64,000 nt of DNA from Nitrososphaeria archaeon (lineage in GTDB: Archaea > Thermoproteota > Nitrososphaeria > Conexivisphaerales > UBA164). The first letter of the stretch is position 1. The number at the start of each line of letters is the position of its first letter. The DNA lies in NCBI GenBank assembly GCA_049976505.1, contig JBMFIC010000006.1, positions 964-64,963 of the forward strand, read 5' to 3'. A program made the translations under genes and the position numbers. The notes below the pieces were generated by a model. The model searched no databases. It saw nothing but the letters and a program-made list of their open reading frames with translations, and had not been told where the DNA came from. Below, piece after piece: positions 27,719 to 37,630 of this stretch.

Positions 27719-29044
27719 TCAGAGAACAGCGCTTCTGAGCCCTCGACTTCCCTCAAGCGCTTCTTTTTCATCCAGGACCTCAACGACCCTAGCGTACAGA
27801 TTTATTGCATCCGCATCGGTGACGACAACCCTCACCTTTCTTCCCAGCACGTTCTCAGAAGACTTTATCACGATCTGCTTGTACGCGAAGTTTCTTCCCT
27901 TGAATCCCTCCTTTTCTCCCCGTTCGGTGATAACTGCCTCCCCCTCCCAGCCCACCCACTTTTCGTTTTCCTCCCTCATGATCCTCATGACGAGCTCATA
28001 GATGGCTCTTGACCTCCTGGCTACGATCCTTGAGTCCAGGTCCTTCAGTTTCGCAGCCTCCGTGCCGGGCCTCTTCCAGTACTTTGATATGTTGACCACG
28101 TTTGGCCTAGTTTCCTCAATCAGCCTGAGCGTCATCTCGAAGTCCTCCTCTTCTTCGGTCGGATATCCCACGATGACGTCGGTCTCCACCGAGGCCATTG
28201 GCATGTACGACCTTATCATGCGCACCAGCTCCCTGAAGAGGTCGGCCCTGTATCCCCTTTTCATGTCCATAAGGACCCTGTCGCTTCCTGACTGGACTGG
28301 CAAGTGAAAGAACTGGTACGCCTTTTTTGGATACGAGCTCAGAAGCCTCTGAGCTATCCTCCTGAAGAATGGAGGAGTGGACATCCCGACCCTGACATAG
28401 AAGTCCGCGGGTATCGTGTCAAGCTCGTAGAGGAGGTCTACCAGGTCCCTGTTCTCATACCTGTAAGCTGCAACGTCCTGACCGGTAAGCCATATCTCCC
28501 TCGCGCCCTTTCTGGCGAGCTCGCTCGCCGCCCTGACTATGGATGAGTCTGGGAAGCTATATAGACCGTCCCTGGAGAGCTTCGTGGCGCAGTAGGTGCA
28601 GCTGTAGGCGCAGCCCTCCTGCACCTCTATCACGCCTATGGTCTCGGTGAGCTTTCTTTTCAGCAGCAATGGTTTATCGAGCTGGTTTTCTGACAGAACG
28701 AACTCGTTTCTCGCCCCCCTCAGAGCCCTTGCGGCTGCCTCTGCTGCCCTGTTTACCGATCTCACGTCGATCGCGACGCTGAAGCCTATCTTCTGAAGCG
28801 CTTCTGGATCGATTCTCGTAAGGCATCCGGCCACCATGACGTTTTTGCCCATCCTGTTGAGCTCGTTTAGCCTGAACAGGATCTTGTCCTCCGTTGGCTT
28901 CTTGACGCCGCAGGTGTTGAGAATCACGAGGTCGGCGCTGTTAAGGTCGGCCTCCGTCCATCCGTTCTCATCCAGAGCCTGGGCTATCAGGAGGCTGTCA
29001 AACTGATTTGCCGCGCATCCGTAAGTTTCAATGTAATAACGCAT
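27719..29044 (-). CDS. tRNA methylthiotransferase (MtaB/MiaB family, UPF0004-radical SAM-TRAM)
   Basis: TYGCAAN, NTCGV, AGCL, CAYSCTYC and HLPVQSGS motifs. Confidence 0.92.
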   Translation of the reverse strand: MRYYIETYGCAANQFDSLLIAQALDENGWTEADLNSADLVILNTCGVKKPTEDKILFRLNELNRMGKNVMVAGCLTRIDPEALQKIGFSVAIDVRSVNRAAEAAARALRGARNEFVLSENQLDKPLLLKRKLTETIGVIEVQEGCAYSCTYCATKLSRDGLYSFPDSSIVRAASELARKGAREIWLTGQDVAAYRYENRDLVDLLYELDTIPADFYVRVGMSTPPFFRRIAQRLLSSYPKKAYQFFHLPVQSGSDRVLMDMKRGYRADLFRELVRMIRSYMPMASVETDVIVGYPTEEEEDFEMTLRLIEETRPNVVNISKYWKRPGTEAAKLKDLDSRIVARRSRAIYELVMRIMREENEKWVGWEGEAVITERGEKEGFKGRNFAYKQIVIKSSENVLGRKVRVVVTDADAINLYARVVEVLDEKEALEGSRGLRSAVL

Positions 29045-29305
29045 CTAAAAGAAACCATCGACTTCCTTATTTATTTCTTGTTCAGATTTTTCAGGCTCTT
29101 AATTTAATATATCTTAATCCTTTGTAAAATGCCTGAGCGCGCAGCTGAAGTTATTGCAATTTTTTGGCATTTTACCAATTCGTAAAGAATTTATACATTT
29201 GATTTAAACCATATTAATAAACTGTTGGTCAAATTTTGTTTATTAGAAATAAACTTTTTTCGCATAGATTCTTTTATATCTAAAAACTTGCAAATTGTGT
29301 TCATT

Positions 29306-30034
29306 ATGTCGATGTCAGGTAACATAATAGCTAGCGGCATGGTTGGCGAGAGGCTCCTTCAGATGGTTAAGAAGAGCGGCTGGAGGCCGAGCAAAACTTA
29401 TGTGGTTTTTGGGCTTGGCAAGCAGCTAGTCGATGAAGGCATAAGCGGCGCAGTTTACGTGGGCGTGCTTCCATTTGAGTCCGAGCGTGAAGCTAGGTTC
29501 AGGGCGGTATCCCAGATAAGGAGAATTCTCATGAACGGAAGCCCCCTTATCATCTTCGAGTCGGATGCCTATGAGGAGCTAATGTCAAAGAGATCCTATT
29601 CCGACATCTATAACGTCATAGCGGAGGAGGTCTTTGCGGTTATAAAGGCGATAGACGCCGAGGATCAGTCAATACTTGCGCTTCTTAAGGATCCCGTTGT
29701 TGCCATACCCCTAGACGACGAGGAAGGTGTCCCAAGGTTCGCATATAATCTCTACAAGCTTGTTAAGAAGATTGGAAACTTTCAGGTTCTCCTCCTGGGA
29801 GATGGAGTCAGTCCTTCCGCATCCCAGAGCATTTACGAAAGGCTCTCAAACCTCGGTTTTTCTTTCTCGGTCTCGATCAGCAAAAGCGGAGGGCTTATAA
29901 CCGGGCTTGTGGAAGGTGAGCTGAGCATTATGGAGGCAGATCCGGTGAGCAGGATTTTAGGGAACAGGGTGCTTGACTTGGATCCAGAGGAAAAGGTCGA
30001 GGTTTCACTGCCCTACCTTGACAGGATAGACTGA
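29306..30034 (+). CDS. Highly degenerate FtsZ/tubulin-superfamily protein (thaumarchaeal type)
   Basis: VLPFESE..ARFRA...LIIFESD...IYN resembles the FtsZ PF-x-F-E...LI-x-x-ND region; C-terminal DP..I...LD..P; GGGTGS/TG signature absent. TATA TTTTATA at 29272-29278. Confidence 0.5.
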   Translation: MSMSGNIIASGMVGERLLQMVKKSGWRPSKTYVVFGLGKQLVDEGISGAVYVGVLPFESEREARFRAVSQIRRILMNGSPLIIFESDAYEELMSKRSYSDIYNVIAEEVFAVIKAIDAEDQSILALLKDPVVAIPLDDEEGVPRFAYNLYKLVKKIGNFQVLLLGDGVSPSASQSIYERLSNLGFSFSVSISKSGGLITGLVEGELSIMEADPVSRILGNRVLDLDPEEKVEVSLPYLDRID

Positions 30035-30126
30035 GCTTTGCCTGCTCCCTGTATAACGGTTTAAGCTTTCGGGCGATAATGCAGCGGTCTTTTAAGTTTT
30101 TATAAGATCCCCTCGATTCATAACTC

Positions 30127-31104
30127 ATGGACATCATTGCACAGTTCTACAGGGATGAGATACATGACATGAAGCTTTACACAACGCTTTCGAAGCTCGT
30201 AAAGGATCAGAGAACAAAAGCCAAGCTGATCGAGCTCGCAAACATAGAGAGGCGTCACGCATCGTTCTTTCAAAAGATCCTTGAAAGGCTTTCGATCCGC
30301 GTGCCGGATGAGCCAAGCTCCCTTATGATATTCCTTGAATCCCTCATCCTGCTCCTTTTCTCCCTCAAGGTTACTATGAAGATATTTGAGGAAAGGGAGG
30401 CCGCGACCGTGGTGAACTATCTTAAGCTCTACGAGGACAGCAGGCTGCTTCCTGAGGAAAAGGAGATCCTCAAGAGGGTCATAGAAGATGAGATGGAACA
30501 CGAAAAGTTCTTCGGAACAACGGTATCAAGCGCATTCCTAAACAACATAAGGGACATACTGCTCGGAGTCAACGACGGGCTCATCGAGCTCCTGGCAGCT
30601 GTATCGGGCTTCGCGGGAGCTTATGCAGTGGGGCTTTATGTTGGTATTGCTGGAATTGTAATAGGAGTCTCCGGAAGTCTCTCGATGGCAGTTGGCGCTT
30701 ACCTTTCGACGAAGTCCGAGAACGAGCTTGCGAGAAACCTGGCCCTCAGGGCAAAGCTATCTGAGATCGTCTTCGGCAGCGCCCGTCAGGCGGATAGGGC
30801 AGCCGAAACCGCCGGCGAGTCAGCATTCTATGTGGGCATATCTTACCTGATAGGATCGCTCATTCCTACTTTTCCATACTTTCTTGGCCTCAGCATCAGG
30901 TATGACCAGCTTGTATCTTACGCGCTAACGGTCGTCGCGCTGATAATAATTGGATACCTGGCAAGCGTGACCACCGGCGTGGACTACAGAAGGAAGATAC
31001 TGGAGATGGTCGCTCTTGCGCTGGCGGCATCGATTGTAACCTTCGCGCTGGGCGAGCTCATACGCGTGCTGCTCGGAATCAGGGCATACGCGTTAGCAGC
31101 TTAA
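30127..31104 (+). CDS. Ferritin/rubrerythrin-like + VIT1/CCC1 membrane protein (MbfA-like iron exporter)
   Basis: ExxH motifs (ERRH, EMEH); RDILLGVNDGLIE and SMAVGAYLS motifs. Confidence 0.88.
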   Translation: MDIIAQFYRDEIHDMKLYTTLSKLVKDQRTKAKLIELANIERRHASFFQKILERLSIRVPDEPSSLMIFLESLILLLFSLKVTMKIFEEREAATVVNYLKLYEDSRLLPEEKEILKRVIEDEMEHEKFFGTTVSSAFLNNIRDILLGVNDGLIELLAAVSGFAGAYAVGLYVGIAGIVIGVSGSLSMAVGAYLSTKSENELARNLALRAKLSEIVFGSARQADRAAETAGESAFYVGISYLIGSLIPTFPYFLGLSIRYDQLVSYALTVVALIIIGYLASVTTGVDYRRKILEMVALALAASIVTFALGELIRVLLGIRAYALAA

Positions 31105-31174
31105 GATTAAAAATTGAATCGTATTCATAAAAAAGAAAAAATAAGTTTAAATTAGACACATCATTTAGATTGCC

Positions 31175-31504
31175 ATGGTCATGCAAGAGCTTATTGAGTG
31201 TCTCTCGTACGATGAGCTTCATGAATTTATAAGAGGCTCAGATTACGCGGTAGTGGACTTCTGGGCACCCTGGTGCGCTCCGTGTCACGTTCTGCACAGA
31301 ATACTGGTCACGATAGCGCCGGAGTTCCCCAAGATAAGCTTCGGAAGAATAAACACCCAGAGATACCCTGAGGCCGCTGAGGAGTTTGGGGTATATGGGC
31401 TTCCAACGCTCGTGCTCTTCGCAAAGGGCGAGCCCGTTGACAGAATAGTTGGGGTAGTTCCTAAGCAGTACCTGGTTCAGTCACTCAAAAGGTTGGTGCA
31501 ATGA
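31175..31504 (+). CDS. trxA: Thioredoxin
   Basis: DFWAPWCAPC and GLPT motifs. Confidence 0.9.
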   Translation: MVMQELIECLSYDELHEFIRGSDYAVVDFWAPWCAPCHVLHRILVTIAPEFPKISFGRINTQRYPEAAEEFGVYGLPTLVLFAKGEPVDRIVGVVPKQYLVQSLKRLVQ

Positions 31505-32085
31505 GGGCGGCAACGGTTGGCATAAACGGACTATCCTTCTCAGCCCTCGCGGACTGCAGCCCTCAGTTCCTCTCATATCTCTTCAACGCCTCGCCCAGGG
31601 GCGTCGTCGAGAACAGGGAGAGCTTCGCTCCCAACGAGGTATGGAAGATGATCCTCGATGATAACACGTTTGAGCAGCTTCTTTCTCAGAAAATTCTCCT
31701 TTCAAACATACCTCTTACCAGCCCCACTTACGGCAGGCCATCGCTCAACATGCAGCTGATAAGCCTTCAGAACGAGCTGGAGGCGATGATTGAGACCATA
31801 AAAACGTATGCCGACAAGTACGTGGTGGTCTTCTCGGTCAATGCCTATGAAAGAGACCTCAGGAACAAGAAGGATCCCTGCGAGCTGATGAGCCTTCTCG
31901 ATGGCTACCTGAGGAAGGCATACGAGCTGCTTGACTCATACATGTTCTTCTCTCCTTACGGTTTTTACGAGAACAGGTACGAGCCCTACGGGCTTTATCT
32001 TTCAACAGTTCCCAGGCCCAGCGAGGATGAAACGATCAAGCTTAGCCAGATCCTGGATCTTATAAAGATGCTTGGACAGCCCTGA
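31501..32085 (+). CDS. Hypothetical protein, possibly an inactive alkaline-phosphatase/NPP-fold remnant
   Basis: VGINGLS, NIPLTSP and FSPYG resemble GLDG, NxPxTxP and SDHG with metal ligands lost; ATGA overlap with thioredoxin. Confidence 0.45.
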   Translation: MRAATVGINGLSFSALADCSPQFLSYLFNASPRGVVENRESFAPNEVWKMILDDNTFEQLLSQKILLSNIPLTSPTYGRPSLNMQLISLQNELEAMIETIKTYADKYVVVFSVNAYERDLRNKKDPCELMSLLDGYLRKAYELLDSYMFFSPYGFYENRYEPYGLYLSTVPRPSEDETIKLSQILDLIKMLGQP

Positions 32086-32173
32086 CCAGATCTAGGCGTA
32101 TAAAGCACGAGAGGACTTTGAGGCAGAAAGCGCTCGGGCAAAAGCTTATTAGATTAAATTCAAAAAGAAGTGC

Positions 32174-32467
32174 ATGCTAACGATACCGCCTCAGTACCAG
32201 CAAATCATAACGCTCGTGCTCGTGTTCGTCGACGGCCTGATATTTGGAGTTGCCATAAAGAAGGGGGTCATATCCTTTGTCCTCTTCCTCATCGGGCTCT
32301 TCATAGCCTCCTATATAGGCCTCAGCCTACCATACGTTAACGCGCAGCTCCTAATTTCGAGGGCCATATCGTTTATAACGTACGTAATGCACCGCAGCAG
32401 CTACACCCTTACAGGCCTCCCAATACTGTTTCTAATAGGCCTAGCGCTGGGTCTCTGGAAGGGCTGA
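32174..32467 (+). CDS. Small membrane protein
   Basis: Three hydrophobic segments; TATA-like CTTATTA upstream. Confidence 0.7.
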   Translation: MLTIPPQYQQIITLVLVFVDGLIFGVAIKKGVISFVLFLIGLFIASYIGLSLPYVNAQLLISRAISFITYVMHRSSYTLTGLPILFLIGLALGLWKG

Positions 32468-32477
32468 GGCTAAACCC

Positions 32478-33692
32478 TTACTCGTTCCTGAGAACCTCAA
32501 CCGGATTAACCCTTGACGCCCTCGTTGCTGGAAGGGCTCCCGCCATTATTCCTATGATAACTGATACGATGAACACGCCAGCTATGATCCCCGGGCTGAA
32601 AACCGGGAGGACGGCTCCCAGTGAAAACCCTCCGTGTGACCCAAAGCTCATGAACCTGGGCAGAATCAGGGCAAGCACGTAGGAGGCCCCAACACCGAGC
32701 ACGGCTCCAAGCGATCCGCCAGCAGCTCCCATCATCGCCGACTCCGCAACGAATATCATCACTATGTCCCTGTTTCTGAACCCTATGGCCTTCAGGATCC
32801 CTATCTCTCTTGTCCTCTCCAGCGTGCTGGTGTACATGGTCGTGGTGACTCCGACAAATGCGACGATAAACGAGATGGAGGCCGTTGACATCAGAAGGAG
32901 TGTGAGAGTGGATGTTATCGAGCCCGCAACCCTGAGCGCTTCCTGCGAGCTCATCACAGTTAGCTGGTTACCATACTTCTTCTGTATCATAGATGTTATG
33001 TAATCCACAGCCCCCGAGCTGGAGGCCACCACGAGGAGCCCATCGTAAGGCGCGTTTCCGCTAAGCTCCCTTCCCGTTTGCAGGCTCACAAAGACGGCCT
33101 TGTCCACGTTTATTATGTAGGATGGTCCGAACTTCTGCAGGACTCCAGTTATCATGAACGTCTTATCCACGATGCCGTTCTGCGTCTCTATCCTGAGGTT
33201 TATAACTTGGTCCGTGCCGTAGGATGGATAGCCTGAGCTCTGTGGGCTGTGGATGCCCCAGCCTATTACTGCACCGTAGGTGTTGAACGGCTGCGGAAAC
33301 GAGCCATCGTACAGCTTGATCCCGGGCACCGCCATCTCGAGCCCAACCTGCAGGTTGATGGCAAACACTTCAACGCTCTCGGAGCCTCCAGGAGTTAGTA
33401 TCTCTGCGGGAAAAGCGTAGAACGGCCAGACCCCCTGCACGCCCTTTATAGAGGAAATGTAGCTTATTATGGTCTGCGTTATCAGGTTGCTGCCGCTCGG
33501 CTCTACCAGAATCGTGTTGGTGCCGAGCTCAAGGAGCTGTGCCCTTATCGCGGCTCCATATCCCTGCGTTAATCCCGTTATTGCGACCACCGCTGTGGGG
33601 CCTATCAGTATGCCGATTATGGTGAGAGCTGTCCTGACCTTTCTCTCTTTAAGCGCGTTGATCGCGTAGAGCAGGGCGTCAGCTACGTTCAT
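32478..33692 (-). CDS. ABC transporter permease (MacB/FtsX-like)
   Basis: RTALTIIGI, ERTREIGILKAIG and PVEVLRNE motifs. Confidence 0.92.
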   Translation of the reverse strand: MNVADALLYAINALKERKVRTALTIIGILIGPTAVVAITGLTQGYGAAIRAQLLELGTNTILVEPSGSNLITQTIISYISSIKGVQGVWPFYAFPAEILTPGGSESVEVFAINLQVGLEMAVPGIKLYDGSFPQPFNTYGAVIGWGIHSPQSSGYPSYGTDQVINLRIETQNGIVDKTFMITGVLQKFGPSYIINVDKAVFVSLQTGRELSGNAPYDGLLVVASSSGAVDYITSMIQKKYGNQLTVMSSQEALRVAGSITSTLTLLLMSTASISFIVAFVGVTTTMYTSTLERTREIGILKAIGFRNRDIVMIFVAESAMMGAAGGSLGAVLGVGASYVLALILPRFMSFGSHGGFSLGAVLPVFSPGIIAGVFIVSVIIGIMAGALPATRASRVNPVEVLRNE

Positions 33693-35550
33693 GCCCTCTC
33701 GCCAGAAGGTAAATTATAAGCACGACGACAGCTGCCAGAACAAGGAAGTAGACGAGGTAGCCTGGGGGCGATGAGCTGTGCTGAGGACCTGCCTGCACCT
33801 TCAGGAGGGCCACGTTCAGAGGGTAAGTTGAGGAGACGTTGTAGTAATTGCCATAGGGATCCTGGTAGACGTATGAGATGACCACGCTGTAGCTTCCGGG
33901 CTTCGCGCCGGGCGGTATGCTGAGGTAAGCGCTGAACGGCGTTGGGGAGTCGACCGGAAGATCTCCAATGTAGCTGCTTGCTGATGTGTTGAGAGCCGGT
34001 ATAAACACGTAAATTGTTCCGTAGTAGGCCTGCTCGGTCCCTTCGTTGATGAGGGTCCCCGAAACATAGAGCGTTGATCCATTAAATGCTGTTGAGTTAA
34101 ATGTCACGTCTGTAAAATCTATCTTCACTTCCCCGTGCGCGAAGAGTGTGAAGGAGAAGTCCTGCTGCTGTGTTATCCCGTAAGGATTTACGTAGGACAC
34201 CACAACCTCCAGCGGATATACTGCCGGGGCGCCAGTCAGAGGCATGAGCTTAAGGCTCACCTCCCTTGTTTCGCCCGGCTGTAACGTTCCAATCTCTACA
34301 GGTCCAGCGGCCCCGTAAACTGCAAGCCCCTGAGGCGAAACGACATCTACCTGTACCTCCTTGACCTGACCGGTCCCAACGTTGCTGACGATAAGGCTCA
34401 CCGCGTTGTTCCTCATTATGCAGAGCTCTGATGTATTCAGTGAAACACTAACGAAGTTCACCCCGGGGGTGACGAGCACGTACGAGTTGAAGCTCAGGAC
34501 CTTCTCAGCCCCCTCCAACGTCTGATAAATCACCTGGAAGTCTATCGGGTAGGGACCTGGCTGCAGCCCAGCGTCTGAGAATTCATAGTAAAAGCTCACG
34601 CTTGATCCCGGCTGGATCAGGCTGAGATGCGTGTAGTTAGTTGAAAGAAGCACGGGGCCCTGGTACTCCGGGGTTATCGATACGTCCTTCACGAGCGTGC
34701 TGCCCTGATTTCTTATCTCCAGGTATATCATGAAAGTGGAGTACTGGGGAGCTGCTGCAGGCGATACCGAAACTGAGACGTTCGATGCCGGATAAACGTA
34801 AATCGGGAAGGACCCGTTTACGCTGTAGCTCACGCCCTGATAGTCAAGAAAGCTCAGCGTGTAGTTGGCTTCATACTTGCCGGGCGCGGAGAGCTGGGTC
34901 ACGTTGATGGGAACGCTCACATCGTAAAACGACCCGGCGCCCACGTATGGAGCAAACGCTTGAGCTGTGGCCTGCCCGCTCACAGAGGTAAGCGCATCGG
35001 GCAGCGCAATCGTCAGGTTAACAAAGCTGACCGGATACCTGTCAGGGTTTCCTATGACCAGCGTTAGCTCGTTAAGGCCTGTTCCCGGAGCAGGGAACTG
35101 ATCGGGACCGCTCCAGCTGGCTGCGACCACGGATACGTCTGGCGGAGGGCTTACCGTGACGTTCAGCAGCTCGCTGAAGGACAGGCCATCGGTATAGTAA
35201 ACCGTAAAGTTAACCCTGTATGTCCCAGCGCGTGCGCTGCGTCCAACGTTTAGCAGGAACTGAAACACGGAGCCCTGCGATGGCAGGCTGTAGGCGGTGT
35301 ACCCGCCGCTTGAGTTGGTGAACGGGGTCCCCTTCAGGCTGAGCGCGGCGTACTGGTACTGGGGGCTAGGGCTCAGAACCACAGTAAACGGCTGGTTCGT
35401 GTATCCGGGCCTTACAGTAATGGGCGAGCTGTAAGTTCCCCATCCGTAGAATATTATCAGCGGCGATGAGGCGTACGAAATCTGCGCCGTGGCTGGGACC
35501 GAGAAGAGCAGGACTGCCGTTGCTATTAGGATCAGATGCATCCTCCTCAA
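33679..35550 (-). CDS. COG1361-type S-layer/Ig-repeat surface protein
   Basis: Signal peptide, repeated NxG...L-x-PG...PG-x-Y...Y-x-D-x-x-G modules, C-terminal TM anchor. Confidence 0.8.
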   Translation of the reverse strand: MRRMHLILIATAVLLFSVPATAQISYASSPLIIFYGWGTYSSPITVRPGYTNQPFTVVLSPSPQYQYAALSLKGTPFTNSSGGYTAYSLPSQGSVFQFLLNVGRSARAGTYRVNFTVYYTDGLSFSELLNVTVSPPPDVSVVAASWSGPDQFPAPGTGLNELTLVIGNPDRYPVSFVNLTIALPDALTSVSGQATAQAFAPYVGAGSFYDVSVPINVTQLSAPGKYEANYTLSFLDYQGVSYSVNGSFPIYVYPASNVSVSVSPAAAPQYSTFMIYLEIRNQGSTLVKDVSITPEYQGPVLLSTNYTHLSLIQPGSSVSFYYEFSDAGLQPGPYPIDFQVIYQTLEGAEKVLSFNSYVLVTPGVNFVSVSLNTSELCIMRNNAVSLIVSNVGTGQVKEVQVDVVSPQGLAVYGAAGPVEIGTLQPGETREVSLKLMPLTGAPAVYPLEVVVSYVNPYGITQQQDFSFTLFAHGEVKIDFTDVTFNSTAFNGSTLYVSGTLINEGTEQAYYGTIYVFIPALNTSASSYIGDLPVDSPTPFSAYLSIPPGAKPGSYSVVISYVYQDPYGNYYNVSSTYPLNVALLKVQAGPQHSSSPPGYLVYFLVLAAVVVLIIYLLARGHERS

Positions 35551-36230
35551 TTCAGAGCTTCAACCCCCTCTATCCTTCCGTCCCTTATCTTCAGTATGGT
35601 CTTAGTCATGCGCGCGAGCTCAAGGTTGTGGGTCACCATGACTATCGTCTTGTTGAGCTCCCTGTTTATCTGTAAAAGGACCTGCATTATGCTGTAGGCG
35701 TTTCTGCTGTCCAGGTTTCCCGTCGGCTCATCCGCCAGAATCAGAGCTGGATCCGCCACCAGCGCTCTCGCGATGGCAACCCTCTGCTGCTCACCGCCGC
35801 TCATTTCGGTAGGCCTGTGGTTTGCCCTGTGAGCCAGGCCCACGAGCTCAAGCGCCGCATAAGCCCTCCTTTCCCTTGTCTCTCTTCTTTCACCCCTTGC
35901 GATCAGGGGAAGCATGACGTTTTCAAGGGCTGTGAGCCTGTTTATCAGGTTGAACGACTGAAAAACGAAGCCGATGAACCTGTTTCTTATTTCAGAAAGC
36001 TCATCATCGTTCATGGACGTAACATCCCTTCCCGCTATCAGAACCTTTCCGCTCGTTGGCCTGTCCAGCGTCCCCATGATGTTGAGCAGGGTTGTCTTTC
36101 CCGATCCCGATGGCCCAACAATTGATATAAAATCCCCGCGTTCAACCTTAAGGGAGACGCTGTCCAGGGCCCTCACCTTCACCTTTTCGCCGTACTCCTT
36201 TGTGACGTCTATGAGCTCAACGTCGGGCAT
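35547..36230 (-). CDS. ABC transporter ATPase (LolD/MacB-like)
   Basis: [17 protein letters not shown] and ADEPTGNLD motifs. Confidence 0.95.
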   Translation of the reverse strand: MPDVELIDVTKEYGEKVKVRALDSVSLKVERGDFISIVGPSGSGKTTLLNIMGTLDRPTSGKVLIAGRDVTSMNDDELSEIRNRFIGFVFQSFNLINRLTALENVMLPLIARGERRETRERRAYAALELVGLAHRANHRPTEMSGGEQQRVAIARALVADPALILADEPTGNLDSRNAYSIMQVLLQINRELNKTIVMVTHNLELARMTKTILKIRDGRIEGVEALN

Positions 36231-36350
36231 GTTTACGATTTCGATATATTTTTTAATAAACGTTTGGAGGTTTTTTGCCTTGAAGGTCTTTCTCAGGTCA
36301 TGAAAAGAATTAAATAATCAGAATGTAATTTGTATATATCGGGGAATTTT

Positions 36351-36746
36351 ATGGGCAGGATAAGGGTTCTTATAGCGAAGCCGGGCCTTGATGGCCACGA
36401 CAGGGGCGCCAAGGTCCTCGCGAGATCGCTCATGGAGGAGGGATTTGACGTAATATATACTGGCATAAGGCAGACCCCCGAAAAGATCGTGAAGGCGGCC
36501 ATCCAGGAGGACGTCGACGTAATAGGCCTGAGCGTCCTTTCAGGAGCCCACATGTACCACTTTAGGGAGGTTCTGCGTCTCCTGAAGAAGTACGGAGCTG
36601 AGGATAAGATAGTGATAGGCGGCGGAATTATTCCGGAGGAGGACAGGAAGAAGCTGCTCAAGATGGGGGTTGCGGCGGTGTTCGGCCCAGGCACAAACAT
36701 CAAGGAGATAGCTGACTTTATCAGGAGAAGCGTAAAGAGGAATTGA
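36351..36746 (+). CDS. Acyl-CoA mutase small (cobalamin-binding) subunit
   Basis: KPGLDGHDRGAK, GLSVLSGAH and GGIIP motifs; ATG at 36351 preferred. Confidence 0.95.
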   Translation: MGRIRVLIAKPGLDGHDRGAKVLARSLMEEGFDVIYTGIRQTPEKIVKAAIQEDVDVIGLSVLSGAHMYHFREVLRLLKKYGAEDKIVIGGGIIPEEDRKKLLKMGVAAVFGPGTNIKEIADFIRRSVKRN

Positions 36747-37630
36747 GGAACCTAGCCAGAGTGAAGGAGCTGGCCAGGGCCCTTACTGAGGTCGAAAACG
36801 GTGCAGGGCAGGATATTTCTGAATACATGGCCTCGAGGAGCCAGCCCTTCGTCATAGGAATAACGGGTCCCCCGGGCAGCGGGAAGTCGACCCTTATAGC
36901 GAAGCTCGCAAGGAGGCTCTCGGAAAGGGGGAAGGTTGGCATCATAGCCAACGATCCCACTAGCAAGCTGTCGAAGGGATCACTCCTTGGTGACAGGATC
37001 AGGATGGACGAGCTCTGGAGCCTAGATAACGTTTTCATCAGGAGCGTTCCATCAGGCGGGAGAAAAGGGGGCCTGAACTACTACACCGTCGAGCTGATCT
37101 ACACGTTCTTCAGGTACGGCTACAGGACCATATTTATCGAGACCACTGGAATTGGCCAGGATGAGGTCGAAGTGGCAGACGTCTCGGACATGGTCATGAA
37201 CGTCAGCGTGCCAAACCTGGGGGATGAAATTCAGTCAATAAAGGCCGGCCTGAACGAGGTAACGGACGTCTTCGTGATCAACAAGATAGACGCGAGCAGC
37301 TACGAGCTTTACGAAAAGAACCTTATGATAGCGGTCAGGAAGAACAGATGGGGCTGGGAGCAGAGGATAGTCCCGGTCTCCGCAATAAAGGAGATGAACC
37401 TGGAGAAGCTTCTGAAAGCCATGGATGACTTCAGGCCGTTCTACAGGAAGAAGCTAAAGCAGACTGTGCTGAACCGCTTTTCGTTCATGCTGTCCTCAAA
37501 GCTTGAGCTCGCCATGAGCGCGCAGCTGGAGGGGCTCAACCTTCAGGAGCTCTTTTACTTTTACGTAAGGAACAAAAGCTTAAATGAAACCATTAGAAAG
37601 TTAATTAAGAGTATTTATGAAAAGTTTTGA
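36743..37630 (+). CDS. meaB: MeaB/ArgK GTPase chaperone
   Basis: GPPGSGKST, LGDRIRM, ETTGIGQDE and NKID motifs. Confidence 0.92.
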   Translation: MRNLARVKELARALTEVENGAGQDISEYMASRSQPFVIGITGPPGSGKSTLIAKLARRLSERGKVGIIANDPTSKLSKGSLLGDRIRMDELWSLDNVFIRSVPSGGRKGGLNYYTVELIYTFFRYGYRTIFIETTGIGQDEVEVADVSDMVMNVSVPNLGDEIQSIKAGLNEVTDVFVINKIDASSYELYEKNLMIAVRKNRWGWEQRIVPVSAIKEMNLEKLLKAMDDFRPFYRKKLKQTVLNRFSFMLSSKLELAMSAQLEGLNLQELFYFYVRNKSLNETIRKLIKSIYEKF

